A DNA stretch of 63,148 nt, filler included, from Dimargaris cristalligena (Eukaryota): the NCBI GenBank assembly GCA_003614675.1. It is 16 parts of 16 records of this genome, joined end to end, with 100 filler letters (N's around TTAATTAATTAA, not from the genome) between each part and the next. Parts side by side here need not be neighbours in the genome. Positions count along the whole stretch, not along the records: positions 35,794 to 39,646 come from ML003872.1; positions 39,747 to 43,585 come from ML003873.1; positions 43,686 to 47,514 come from ML003874.1; 13 more parts are not named here. One strand, 5' to 3'. Within the stretch, counting starts at the first letter, position 1, and the number at the start of each line of letters is the position of its first letter. Both the position numbers and the translations under genes were made by a program. The notes under the pieces are model-generated. The model ran no database searches. It saw nothing but the letters and a program-made list of their open reading frames with translations, and was not told the origin of the DNA. This document shows positions 35,946 to 47,614 of this stretch, piece after piece.

Positions 35946-37483
35946 CTACTTCTGGCGTGAGTCCAGTATAATAGTCACGGGCCCGTCGTTGTGAATAGCC
36001 ACATCCATCATGGCGCCGAATTGGCCGTCTAAAATAAAATAGGAGAATGGGGCGGTGGTTATAGTGACATACATACATTGGCACTAATCGATGTAGTTAG
36101 AATGTCAGATTTTCGGGCAGGTAGGTTGAGCAGGAGTGAGGGGAGGTAATCTTGGAACCGCCAGATTTTTCACATATAGGATCATATTCAGGAATGGGGC
36201 CGTGTAGCTCTCAGTCTCCCAAATTATATTTACAAAGACTGGGCTCGCCACTTACCTTGGATTCGATCGGCTCTGTAGTCATCCTTAAGTTTCTGTAAAA
36301 AGCGCTCATAAAAGTCTTTAGATAGGCTACTTTTCATAGCCAGGTGGAAGTCGGGTTTTAATCCTAGAGAGGGAGCAGAATGCATTAGAATGTAAAATGT
36401 CCTGATTAAAAATCGCAATGAGGGTTAGAAACTCGTTTGGGGAATACACTATGTAGAGTATACAATGGAAAGTAGGATAATGAACTAATCAACAGCAATC
36501 AGTTACCTTTTTCCGTCTTGGCATAAAGCGTGAATTGGGATACTATAGAATAAAGAAAAGTGGCAATGGCACTTCAGATATTTAAGAGTTTAGCCACAAA
36601 GTCCAGCTGGGAAATCCTGGTATTGGAAATGTAACAAAAATGTGGTTTATTTTGCATAAGAGGCAAGGAGACATTGCCATTTCAGAGGTATCTAACTCCA
36701 TAACTTACCACTGAGGATTTCCAAATCCAAATCCTGGACGCCCTTTTTCCACATTTTTCCATCCTCATCGTCAAACAGCCGAAGGTTGAGAATCTTTCGT
36801 ACTCTACCGATGAAAAATGAAATATATTTAATACAGATATAAGCCACCGTGATGACGCATTGTATCATTATGATAAATAACTTGTGAAGGCATAGGAAAC
36901 TGATGTAAACCAGACATATATATATATATAATAATAATAATTATTATTATATACCAATAATTTTAACTCGAATATGGATGGTATAATATGTTAGGGGATC
37001 GGAGCACCCTGCATCATTCGTATAACAACGGCTCACTTACAGATATTCGATATCCTTGGGTTCATCACCGTTAGTAATACCAACCAAAAGACATAGACCT
37101 TTGCCGATGGATCCGACGATACTACCATCGACTAACCATGGTGTGTAATGGAATCGAATTATTTAATAATCCATGTCACGGCCATGGTCGGATAATAAAG
37201 AAGATATATGTATTAGCATACTAGTCGACCACAATGCCCATGTTAGTCACCCTGGAAGCACGAGGTGAAAGCGGCATGTATGTCCCAAGTGACATGCGTC
37301 TCATTCCAAGTGATGCGGGAGTACGTTGGGTCTCAAAGGGAACCGGGCTTTCTGCCCCAAGCTATTCTGGGCCAAGGGGCTTGTGCTCGTTGCAGGTCGC
37401 CCCTAGGGTGCCAGGTCTACTTTGAAAGGGAATCACCTACCCATTACACTTGCTCGGGTGACTCGTTGAATGACGGCGCGCAT
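35946..37483 (-). CDS. DTD1: D-aminoacyl-tRNA deacylase, six exons
   Basis: Exons read MRAVIQRVTRASV / VDGSIVGSIGKGLCLLVGI / VRKILNLRLFDD / SQFTLYAKTEKG / KPDFHLAM / GQFGAMMDVAIHNDGPVTIILDSRQK*. Confidence 0.95.
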
Positions 37484-38021
37484 GGTTGAAAAGGGAGAGT
37501 GTGTCAGCAATCACTGAATCTAATTCAAGAATAGAGGGAGAAGAACCCGGAATCGTAAAGATCCTGAATGCATGCAAAGAGAGCAGTTGACTGTCGAACG
37601 GAACACTATGGGTTGGGCTTGGTATAGGTTGTGGTAATAAACGCTGGGAATAATTTACTTATAGAGAGCCGAGTCGGGAGTAAACGCCCATTAGCGGGGA
37701 TATTGATGGAAATGTTTCCTATAGGACTAAGTCGCGAATATCCTACAACTATTTTGTAATTTAGGCTAACCACTATAATCCATTATCACATAAGACGAGT
37801 AATTAAATCCATGAAAGGTAAGGTCCGGTGGATGAATAACCATTACATGGGTGTTTGGGTGAGCATGAACTGGCGAACTAGGCCGCTTAAGGTGCCGAAA
37901 AAGGGTGGACTACTTATTGGAGAGTTTTATAAAGTGGCTGATATACAGAGCCAGGGAAAGTGAGTTGGCGTTACGCTTTCCTTATTATTTGGGCTGGATT
38001 ATCTACAAAATGGGAGGTGGG

Positions 38022-39011
38022 CTATGGTTCGAACGTACTCTGCCACTCGGCCTGGTTGTCTGAGTCCGACGTATCTTCCCAATCGGCCTGGCTGTCCGGC
38101 TCGGGCGACTCGGCTTGGGTGAGTAGCTCAGCCGCCTCTGGATCAAGGTTCCGGATATCTACCATGTGGGTGAAATGAGGGGGGTGGTAAGCGTCGTTAA
38201 AGTGGTCCATGTACCAGTCCTCGTCCTCCATATCAGTCATGTTCCCGTCTGAGCTGGTGACATCCTCCCAGTCGGGCGGCCGAATATTCCGATCGGGATC
38301 GATATGGGCGCCCAGCACGTTAACACAGCCCTCGATATCCAAGACCCGCAAGTACTTGAGTTGATGAACGGCCAGGGCAATGGGCCGGTCGCTAAGTGAA
38401 TCGCAGTGGGCCACGCGCAGGGTATGGAGCTGTGGACAGCCCCGAATGATTTGGATTAAGGCCCGGTCGGTAATCGTGGTGTACGATACATTGAGGCTTT
38501 CCAAGTTAGTCAAATGCCGAATCACTCGGCCGCACCGGTGGAAAATAGGACACTTCTCTAAACTCAAGTGCCGGAGGTTGGGTAGCGCCGAGACCCAGGT
38601 CGGCGGCGAAGGGGGGCTGTCACCGGAGTACTCCAGGGTTATAAGGGGTGGCGGAACTTCAACGAGTAAAGCGTGCAGGGCGTGGTCATTTAGGGCGCAC
38701 AGGTCAAGTTCCAGACGGACGAGACCCCGGCAGTGGTGTACGACAGTTTGTAAGGCCGCCCCGTCGAAACGACGCCAACGCTGGGCCAGTGACACTAATG
38801 ACAGGGACTTGACGAGCTGCTGCAGAACCTCGGGCCGGGTGTTTTGGATAAAGTGTTCGAAGCCCAGCATGGTGTAGAGCATCGGCGAAGAGTAAAGGTA
38901 CGGGGTGGCCAATTGCCGCCAGGGTGGGCATACGCGACAGGCCCGTGCCAGCGTGACCTGGTCACAGTAACCGAAGATGAGGCTGAGCACTTCCACGGGC
39001 AAGTCGAACAT
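38022..39011 (-). CDS. F-box / leucine-rich-repeat (RNI-like) protein with acidic tail
   Basis: LPVEVLSLIFGYC..LARACRVCPPWRQLATPYLY (F-box); LRR units LESLNVSYT.ITD, CPQLHTLRVAHC.SLSD, LRVLDIEGC. Confidence 0.9.
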   Translation of the reverse strand: MFDLPVEVLSLIFGYCDQVTLARACRVCPPWRQLATPYLYSSPMLYTMLGFEHFIQNTRPEVLQQLVKSLSLVSLAQRWRRFDGAALQTVVHHCRGLVRLELDLCALNDHALHALLVEVPPPLITLEYSGDSPPSPPTWVSALPNLRHLSLEKCPIFHRCGRVIRHLTNLESLNVSYTTITDRALIQIIRGCPQLHTLRVAHCDSLSDRPIALAVHQLKYLRVLDIEGCVNVLGAHIDPDRNIRPPDWEDVTSSDGNMTDMEDEDWYMDHFNDAYHPPHFTHMVDIRNLDPEAAELLTQAESPEPDSQADWEDTSDSDNQAEWQSTFEP

Positions 39012-39331
39012 GGTGGGGTGGAATAATAGAGTGGTATGGATCTGGAATGAGGCCTAAAGGGGCGAAAGCGCCGGTTGAAGCGGCGGCCCACCTGAGTAAA
39101 GAGCCAGCTCTGGATCCGTGTTTGGGCCACAGGTCCGCCTCCCCTGTAAGAAACAACTTGGCCATGATTAGACGTGGCACAACTTGAAGGTGCTAGATGG
39201 CTCCTCTGCTTTACTACTCACTCGCCTTCGTAAATACTGTTTTCATCTTCCTTTTGTTCTTTCTGCTCCCTTCTCCACCTGCCCCGGTTTGACTGGATCC
39301 CGGTGGTCACTATTGCTCCCCTGATATTACA

Positions 39332-39646
39332 CTGACATTCTAACTACATCGATTAGTGCCAATGTATGTATGTCACTATAACCACCGCCCCATTCTCCTA
39401 TTTTATTTTAGACGGCCAATTCGGCGCCATGATGGATGTGGCTATTCACAACGACGGGCCCGTGACTATTATACTGGACTCACGCCAGAAGTAGCCCACA
39501 GTACTATCCGTAGACATTTCATAAATGAGTATTGCCTTTAATAACAGACGAAGACTTGGGAGAACGATGATTGCAGCCGGGACCAACTAGTCCCGTGGCT
39601 AAAGTTCGAGAAAGTACATGGACAGCTGAATCATGTTTTAGAAAAA
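39332..39646 (+). repeat. 315-bp inverted duplicate of 35794-36108 (DTD1 last intron end, last exon and 3' flank)
   Basis: Reverse-complement match; identical 61-aa ORFs at 35899-36084 (-) and 39356-39541 (+). Confidence 0.95.
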
Positions 39647-39746
39647 NNNNNNNNNNNNNNNNNNNNNNNNNNNNNNNNNNNNNNNNNNNNTTAATTAATT
39701 AANNNNNNNNNNNNNNNNNNNNNNNNNNNNNNNNNNNNNNNNNNNN

Positions 39747-39976
39747 CTGGGAACTCCCCTCCCTTTCCCTCTGCTTAGTCATCCAATATTCTGGGACCTT
39801 CTCTCCCTTTCTCTATTATTCATCTATCTTTTCATTTAGGCTTCCTCTTTTGAGTATAAATACTCCCACTTGCTGCCACCTCTTGGAACAGTAAGTCTAT
39901 CATCACCTTTCCCTTTTTACCACCTATCTTTTCAAATAAAGTTCAGTTTTCAAGAATTTGATTTCAGTTCTTTACA
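39747..39976 (+). repeat. Family-B LTR 3' portion abutting the tyrosine-recombinase retroelement
   Basis: Matches 19948-20076; ends TTCTTTACA. Confidence 0.8.
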
Positions 39977-40419
39977 TCAGGATCTAAAATGACTGTTTTT
40001 CACCCTATCAGATACCTCATTGAGCCATCCAATCCTGGCCCCAGTTTGGACCCACATCCTCACAACTAATGCCAGTCCCCAGGGCTTTAGATGGACCTAT
40101 GATTCTAACCTAGGGCATGGGGTATGGACACCTACTGAGTCCCAGCTCTATATTAATGCTTTAGAGCTTATGGCTTTTGAAAATGCTCTGCAGAGGAGCC
40201 TGCCTAAGATAATCAGCCACCAGATCAAACTGTGAATGGATGCTACCTGTGTGGTGGCAGCAATAAATGGGTATGGGTCTTGGAATCACCAATTAAACCA
40301 AATTGTTTGGCGGATTTGGGAATTGGTAGCAAGAAACAAGATTGTCATATTTGGGGGGTGCAAACCACCTGGCAGGGATACTGAATACCAAGGCCAACTT
40401 TCTATCATGAATACAACAA

Positions 40420-40851
40420 CACAGGGATTGGAAGCTGGATTGGGGATTATTCATGTCCCTCAATCACTTATATGGGCCTCACACCATTGATTGGTTTGCC
40501 AGTCCCTGGAATGCCCAGCTGCCACAGTTTGGCACCCTGCAGGCCCATCCGAGGGCTGCACTGATGGATGCCTTCTCTCAGGACTGATCAAAGGAGAATA
40601 GGTGGTTCAATCCCCCATTTGGCATCATTGGCCAGGTCCTAGCAAAGATTATCCAGGAACAAGTTCAGGGGACACTACTTCTGCCACTTTGGAGAGGCTA
40701 ACCCTGGTGACTGACACATATCTCCCATGCTCAGGAGGTCATTGAGCTGCCCACCCATGGACAGTGGGCAATACCTCTGGCTGGATCCCCCCAACTAATG
40801 CCAGTACCCTTCCTAAACCGGCAGTGGAAGATGGTTGTGGCTCGTTTTTAA
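40420..40851 (+). pseudogene. DNA N6-adenine methyltransferase-like domain at the pol C-terminus (three in-frame stops)
   Basis: IDWFAS SAM-binding motif near 40485; NPPF catalytic motif at 40609-40620. Confidence 0.8.
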
Positions 40852-41894
40852 ATAGACTCCCAACTACAGGGAGTTATTCTACCCTCATTGTGGGTTGCTG
40901 GTTACAGCAATTGGCCCCAAAGTTAAAAGAAAATAGTATTACAAAAACAATATTGTTGAATAGTCTCTCCCAATCCACCTGGAGGATGTATGAGAACCAT
41001 CACTGTCAATATTTGCAATTTTGTAGTTCTACTGGAGTTTCAGCATACCTTGTTTCAAGTGCAACCCTAACTGCCTATATGATCCATTTATATACTGCAA
41101 GGGTGAATCCCCACTCATTACTAGGAAAATTGGCGCCACTGATAAAATTTGACAAGATTACGTTTGGCCAGGTACAGTACTCGGAGGAGGCAGCCTCTCA
41201 ATGTAAAAAGGGTTATGCAGTGACCTATTACCGCGACTTCCCCAAGGCCAGGGACCCTCAAGGTACCCATCCAATTCCAACAGAGCTATACAAGAACCTC
41301 TACACCCCCGGGTGGGTACCAAATCCCACACAGCTTGAGGGCGCCACCCTATTTATCCTGGGGATTATATTCAGTCCGTGTGCCAGCTTATTAGTGGCAT
41401 TAAGGTCACAGGATGTGATCCTTTGGGATTGCTCTTTGTCCATTTTTATCATTGGAGAAAAATGGAAGGCGCATTTAGAGGGTGTCCAATGGGTGGCAAG
41501 CCCAATTTGCCAAGGATTTCGGGTAATAATTGCGAGTTATCTCACTTTAGTGAAGACAGGCAGCCTCTGGAAGACTTACAAGACAAATCCGGCTGCTTGG
41601 GTTACTCGGAGCATCCAGACACTTTTGGAATCCTTTGGACACCATAGCACTATCACGTCAGGATATTCGTCTCATAGCTTAAGGAAGACCATGGTTGCTG
41701 GTATGCTTGCTGCAAAGGTGGACCCATTAAGAATATTAGACTGGGGGTGCTGGGACGCCTTGGAGACTATGCGGGCCTACTGCCGAGTATCTCTACCTTT
41801 TCAGATTGATTTACGTCTTGTTTTTTCCTTCATCATTTATAATTCTAAGTCCTTTAGTTCACATAGTTATTATATTTATATTAGTCTAACATAG
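40764..41894 (+). CDS. Tyrosine recombinase of the DIRS-type element; frame open but catalytic residues decayed
   Basis: SL..STWRMY..YLQFC N-terminal domain; YSSHSLRK (HxxR), GCW (for GRW), MRAY (Tyr); first catalytic Arg position reads FSPCAS. Confidence 0.85.
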   Translation: MGNTSGWIPPTNASTLPKPAVEDGCGSFLNRLPTTGSYSTLIVGCWLQQLAPKLKENSITKTILLNSLSQSTWRMYENHHCQYLQFCSSTGVSAYLVSSATLTAYMIHLYTARVNPHSLLGKLAPLIKFDKITFGQVQYSEEAASQCKKGYAVTYYRDFPKARDPQGTHPIPTELYKNLYTPGWVPNPTQLEGATLFILGIIFSPCASLLVALRSQDVILWDCSLSIFIIGEKWKAHLEGVQWVASPICQGFRVIIASYLTLVKTGSLWKTYKTNPAAWVTRSIQTLLESFGHHSTITSGYSSHSLRKTMVAGMLAAKVDPLRILDWGCWDALETMRAYCRVSLPFQIDLRLVFSFIIYNSKSFSSHSYYIYISLT

Positions 41895-41960
41895 ACTTCG
41901 GACAACTCCGACATATTGGAGTTGTCCCTTTCTTTTCGAGTGGTAGGGTTATTGGGAATA

Positions 41961-42289
41961 GGCATCTATTAACAATAATTCGTTTTTAGAAATTCATTGT
42001 GTTAATAGAGGGGAAAGAAAAAAAAATCCGTAAAAATATTCCTTTCCCTGAAGTAGAAAGGAAAAATTTTTATTCGAAAATTTGTTTCTATATCTTTCTC
42101 CTTTTATTCCTTCCTGCCAGCCAACCCTAGTGGTTTATTCTATTTTCCAGTCAAAATTTTATCTGTGCCGTGTTCTTTTCACATGGACACAACGACTTTT
42201 CGGTTATTGCAGACCGTGGACTTGTTCATTCAGTGTAATAAGTAGCGCTAATAAAATAGCAAACGTTAACGGCATCTATTAACGATAAT
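41961..42289 (+). repeat. Unclassified repeat (family E) bounded by a 19-bp direct repeat GGCATCTATTAAC(A/G)ATAAT
   Basis: Direct repeats at 41961-41979 and 42271-42289; 42115-42289 is homologous to the reverse complement of 62912-63085. Confidence 0.7.
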
Positions 42290-43048
42290 AGCCTAGACCA
42301 TAAATATACGGAGGCAATTAGTTTTATTGGCACAATTATCCCACCTTTTTAAAGCCTTGGTATGTATTTGGGGATCCCCATCTAGGTATAGCTCCCTTCT
42401 AAACACGACTGTGATATCGCCCTGCGACCCAGTTATTGATTAGTTGTTGACATCTGTATTCACAAATTCGGTTTCCTGTGCATGGGTTTTGAGAGTATTT
42501 AATTTAGCAATTGTGGATAATTAGTTCAGTATATGAGGTTTATTGAATAATCCACTGTTTGTCCTCCCAACTTTTTAGTAATATGGCCATTTACTAAACG
42601 CCGAACTCTCTGTTTCATCCACAGAGCAACATCTAAGGGTTCGTCTCAGCCAATCAACCCCCCCCCCCCACAACCGTATACCCGTAATAAAGTAAACAAA
42701 GCAACAAACTGTAAACAACCCCATTCCAACTCCCCCTCCGTGTCCGTGAACTTTCCATCTCAGTTGCGCAACCGTCATTCCACTGTTCGTAGAGATCCAA
42801 CTGCTGCCCCAAAGATACACCCCAACTACCTTAAATGCGTCCAATCGTTGCCGTGTTTATGTTCGCTGTTTTTTTATATAAACTCATTCCTTATTTCTTA
42901 AAGCCAATTTTATAATTTCCTCATTTAGCTCCAAACTTATTTGATAGTATTCTTGGATTCCCGTATACTACCTAATTCCGCTGCCTGTCTGCCTAGTAGC
43001 CCAAACCAATATTATTTTGTATAGCGAGGCTACTATCGCGTGTATACT

Positions 43049-43585
43049 ATGGCTGATTCTTCTCCATCGAAGCTGCGGTTATCCCGCCGGGTCCCCAAAG
43101 GCTCCTCCCGAAGCGACAAGTTGGCCTCCCTCCGCAAGGCCCGGGAGACCGGCGAGTACCCCCAGCAACACTATGAAGATCAACCCGAGGGCGACATCTT
43201 TGTAGACATCGAAGATAATGACTACCACACCATCATGCACAATCGATTACATGACGATTTCGTAGTGGACGACGAAGGCCTGGGCTACGCGGAGACGGGC
43301 CTGGACGATTTTGGCAATGAGTCCAATTCCGATTCGGAGTGCCCCGGGGGTCCTTCTTCCGGCAAAGGCGCCGGATCGGCTCGCCAGTCAAAGCGTGGCC
43401 GGCCAAAGCAGTCACCCTCCTCCAAGCAAGGTCCGTTCAAAAAGGCCAGGGAAGCGACCCACAAGCCCCCAGCCGAAAAGTCCAACCCCATTCTCAAAGC
43501 CTTTGCTAAGCGGGGCCGGGAGGGTGCGCCGAGCGCCTGGAGTACCGCGGCTACGGGCACTACCGGTGGTTCCACAGCTGACCAG
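43049..43585 (+). CDS. POL1: DNA polymerase alpha catalytic subunit, N-terminus; 3'-truncated
   Basis: KLASLRKAR..DIFVDIEDNDYHTIM..DDFVVDDEGLGYAETG (DNA_pol_alpha_N motif). Confidence 0.88.
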
Positions 43586-43685
43586 NNNNNNNNNNNNNNN
43601 NNNNNNNNNNNNNNNNNNNNNNNNNNNNNTTAATTAATTAANNNNNNNNNNNNNNNNNNNNNNNNNNNNNNNNNNNNNNNNNNNN

Positions 43686-44262
43686 ACCTGAAGCCAAGGT
43701 GATAAAGGAACTTATGCTGGGGACAAGGAGGGAAGAGAATGGGGTGGTAAACCGAGTAGTAACTAGTAGTCACCTGAAGCCAAGGTGGTGTTAGTGTCCT
43801 ACAAGGGGGTCGAGGGGTCAGATAATAAATATCTAAGAAGTAAAGGGCCAAAGTTGTCTGTCCTTTCAAGGGGACAGACAGGGGGTTTATTTATAGTTTT
43901 TCATCAAAGGGCAAATATGGGGAAATCAGAGGGATGTGGTCAATTAGTCATCAGTATGAGGATTATATGCATGTGATAGAACTATAAACCAATCAGACTA
44001 GACTAGGCATGTGGTGGGCTTTGGCAAGGGACAGAGAGACCAATCATTAGGATAGTGGGCTGGTTGTTATGTGAAACATAGCCAGTGAGATTTAATAGCC
44101 AATCAATGGTAAGGTGGGCTGGTTGTTGTATGAAACATGGCCAATGATGAGGACAACCCAATTAGTGAGCAGGTAGCATGTGGTTATGTGAAACATAGCC
44201 AATAAGTATGAGAAGAGAGAATATGGAAATGTGTTGTGGTGTAGGCACCACACTATGATACA
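43686..44262 (-). repeat. Probable LTR (family C) with tandem CCAAT-containing units
   Basis: Minus strand starts TGTATCA; three ~60-bp units containing tgaaacat(a/g)gcca at 44056-44205; CTATAAAT on minus near 43890; duplicated acctgaagccaaggtg. Confidence 0.5.
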
Positions 44263-44707
44263 TAATGATGTCTACACTCTCAATGAATTGGATAGAACTA
44301 TATTTAAAGACCCTACCATGGGGGTCCACCTTCACCATTATTTTTGGTCAATTTGAACTGGGGTGTTCAAAGTCAGCCCTAGGAGATGTACTGCAATAGG
44401 CAGGGAAGGGATTTTATGTCTGTGAGTAGGCACAAGTATCAGATATTATTACCCTTACTCAGTGTGGGGATGAAACAATGACTTGCAGCTTCAGATAATT
44501 CTTCCATCTGCACAGCCTGAGGCATCAAACATTTTCTCTAAATTTAGTAGTGGATTTTACCTTAGTCAGATTTTCCTTATTTTTACCTTTATGAAAACCT
44601 AAAGTTGATTCCACATAGCAGCAAGTGAGAGCAAGGGAATTATCCTCAAGAAGAATTAAACAGTAATATTATCTTCCATCCCCTCATCTCACAATTTATC
44701 CTTATAT

Positions 44708-47514
44708 TGTAGACATCTCTGTAGATCCAAGGAAGTTTCCAATTCCTAAAGCACCTTCCAAATACACAAAGCTGAGGTTTTAAGTCTTAAGGTGTTTAGC
44801 TTGTTTTTCTCCCTCCATGGTTTTATAGCTGAATAGCCCTGACCAACCTCTGTAGTGACCAAATTTTAGTATATCTTCCCTCATATATATATATAGTCTT
44901 GTAGTCAGCTCCAATAACTGACAGGTTATCTTCAAGATACAGTGAATAAATATCTATTTTAACTTCACTCAGCATTTTCACCCAATTTCAGCCAACAACT
45001 TCTAGTGGAAGTTGGATTATTTGTTTTTACTTTTATTATTATTCCTTTATTATTTTATTTTTTCTCTATAACCAGTTTATTAGCACATGGCCACCATAGC
45101 TCCTCCAGTCCCTAACTCCAATGATGGAAGTTTAGGATTGAACTATTTGGAGTTTTTTCCACTTTACCCCAGTTCATCTTCCAGTAATGGTTCTGACCAA
45201 ATCTGACTAGCCGAGGGACCATTCCCTGAGTTTTCCATGTTCCACCAAAGAACTGACCCCTTGAACCCAAAGTCCAGTAAGATCACCACCCCAGGAGAGG
45301 GTGAAAGACACATGTCAAACCCTAACCCTGGGGTAGAGATGCCTCAAATCACTGGCAGAACACAAGTATCAATTTCACTTCTGATACTTATGAGATTACT
45401 CTCCCTAATGTGATGTCCTTTATGCAGGGTCATGTGCACATATATATACCATCAAAATGAGGTATCCTAGACAAAATTTTGCCCCCAAAGCCCTGATTTT
45501 AAAGGAAAATTCAATTCAATAGGCCCATATCAACTTAGGCCATGTTAACTATCCCTTCCTGATTCAGGCAGCCAAGTCTGGCCTACTGCCAGGTGTTGAT
45601 TTAACTACTTCTAAGGATATCCAACCCTGTGAAACCTGTTTAATTAATAAGGCAACTTACCTACCCTTCTCTGGCAGGCTGGACCCTGTGTTCCCCATAC
45701 TGGAGGTAATTCACACTGATGTAGCTGGTCCCATGCCTATCAGAATAATAAAAGGATAATACTACTTTGTCTCTTTTATTAACCAGTTTTCAAGAATGGC
45801 TTATATTAGTTTTATTAAACACAAATCTGATATACTTTAGGCACTGGACTGGTATTTAAAGTTTGTGAATAATCAGTTTAGTAAATTTCCTAAAGAAATT
45901 CATTCTGATAATGATGGTAAGTACATCTCCCATCAATTTACTACTATCCTTAAGGAGCATGGAATTGCTTATTCTACTAGTGCACCCTACTCCCCCCAGC
46001 AAAATGGTGTTGCTGAAAGGTTTAATCGAACTGTTTACTCTACTGTGAAATGCATGCTTAATAAAAAGGGTTTACCCAAATCCCTTTGGGGGAAAGCCCT
46101 TCTGGCTACTACTATGATTTGGAATAGGATCCCTAATCCTAAAATTAGTAATAACACTCCCCATTTACACTGGTATGGCTACAGCCAAATCTTACATAAT
46201 TTCACCAGTTTGGGTCTGAGGCAATCATCAAAACCAACAATCCTCACTCCCAAAATTTACAACCAACTTCAAGGAAGCTCCTCTATGTGGGGCTGACTGC
46301 CAACCTGAAAAACTACAAGTTATTTGACCCCCAGTCAAACAAGGTCATTGTCAGTTATGATACACATTTTTTGCCTAATTCCATGGCCTCCTGGACTTCA
46401 GAACAGCCATCCCCATCGAAAACCATCCATAATCAAGCCCAGAATACCTCCAGTCACTACTTTTATATCCCTGATGAGGACCCAGGCTTAAAATTGCCTA
46501 TTAATACAGCCCATGCATCCCATGCACCTCCTACAGTGGTAACTGTACCTGCAACAATGGATATTTCTAACCAATCCATATATATTTCTGAAAATTTTCC
46601 AGTGGTATCCACCATACCCCAGGTCATTAATATAAGTGATCTTAGCATGGAATTAAGCCCACACACTTTAAGTGGCATCCCTGTAGACCCAAATCTTGAT
46701 CCGAATGACTGGGAACTTGAATTTGAACTCAGGGAATCCAATATCTCCCAACAGGTCCCTGCACCTGTCCAATTCAACTACAGAACACCTGTCCCCAGCC
46801 CCAGGTTATTCCCTTAAAAAGGAATCATTCCAAAATGTTAAAAACAACTCCAATTGGCAACTCCTTGACTGTCTAAACATATCCATAACATCCCTCCCTC
46901 TCCCAACTCTAACCCTCCTTCCAATTTAGCTTTTCTGGCTGTGGATGGTCCACAATCTTACTCCCTGGCCATGAAGGATCAGTTCCATAAGAAATGGCAG
47001 TCAGCTATTGACCTTGAACTCAAGTCTATAGCTGAAAATGAAGTCTGGGACTTAGTACCTTACCCAAAAAACTCCAAAGTTTTACCCTGTCACTGGGTTT
47101 TTATTACTAAGTTGCACCCTGATGGTACTATTGAGCATCACAAGGCTTGACTAGTTGTTAAGGGATTCCATCAGTGTGAAGGAATTGACTATAATGAAAC
47201 CTTTGCACCTGTAGTTCACTACTCTAGTATCAGGATTCTCTTAGTACTTGCTACCAAGTACCACCTTTTTATTCATTAAATGGACATTAAAACTGTATTT
47301 TTGAATAGTAAAATTGACAAGGAAGTTTTTATTGAACCTCCTGAGAGATCCCAGATCCCCAAACACTCTGTCTGTAAGCTTAACCATAGCCTGTGTGGAT
47401 TTAAGCAATCTCCAAGACTCTGGAATCAAACTCTTGATGAGTTTCTGCTGTCCTGCAACTTTTTAAAGTGTGAACTTGATCATGGTATTTATGCCAAGAT
47501 TTAAGGAAACCGGG
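44708..47514 (+). mobile_element. Decayed, internally deleted Ty1/copia retrotransposon: putative 5' LTR 44708-44923, PBS-like GGTTAT, pre-integrase, integrase, RT (truncated)
   Basis: [91 protein letters not shown]. Integrase-before-RT order. LTR boundary less certain. Confidence 0.92.
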
Positions 47515-47614
47515 NNNNNNNNNNNNNNNNNNNNNNNNNNNNNNNNNNNNNNNNNNNNTTAATTAATTAANNNNNNNNNNNNNNNNNNNNNNNNNNNNNN
47601 NNNNNNNNNNNNNN

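Larger units (their letters stand above)
39977..41935 (+). mobile_element. Decayed tyrosine-recombinase (DIRS/Ngaro-type) retrotransposon 3' half: RNase H, N6-adenine methyltransferase-like domain, tyrosine recombinase
   Basis: RNase H LTTNASPQG..INALELMA..NTKANFLS; MT domain HTIDWFAS..NAQLPQF..DAFSQD..WFNPPF..VLAKI..LLLPLW; recombinase in an overlapping frame. Confidence 0.9.

Noticed and set aside
43980..44210. Repeat-spacer-like units resembling a CRISPR array
   Set aside because: Degenerate ~60-bp CCAAT-rich units typical of LTR U3; eukaryotic context with no cas genes.
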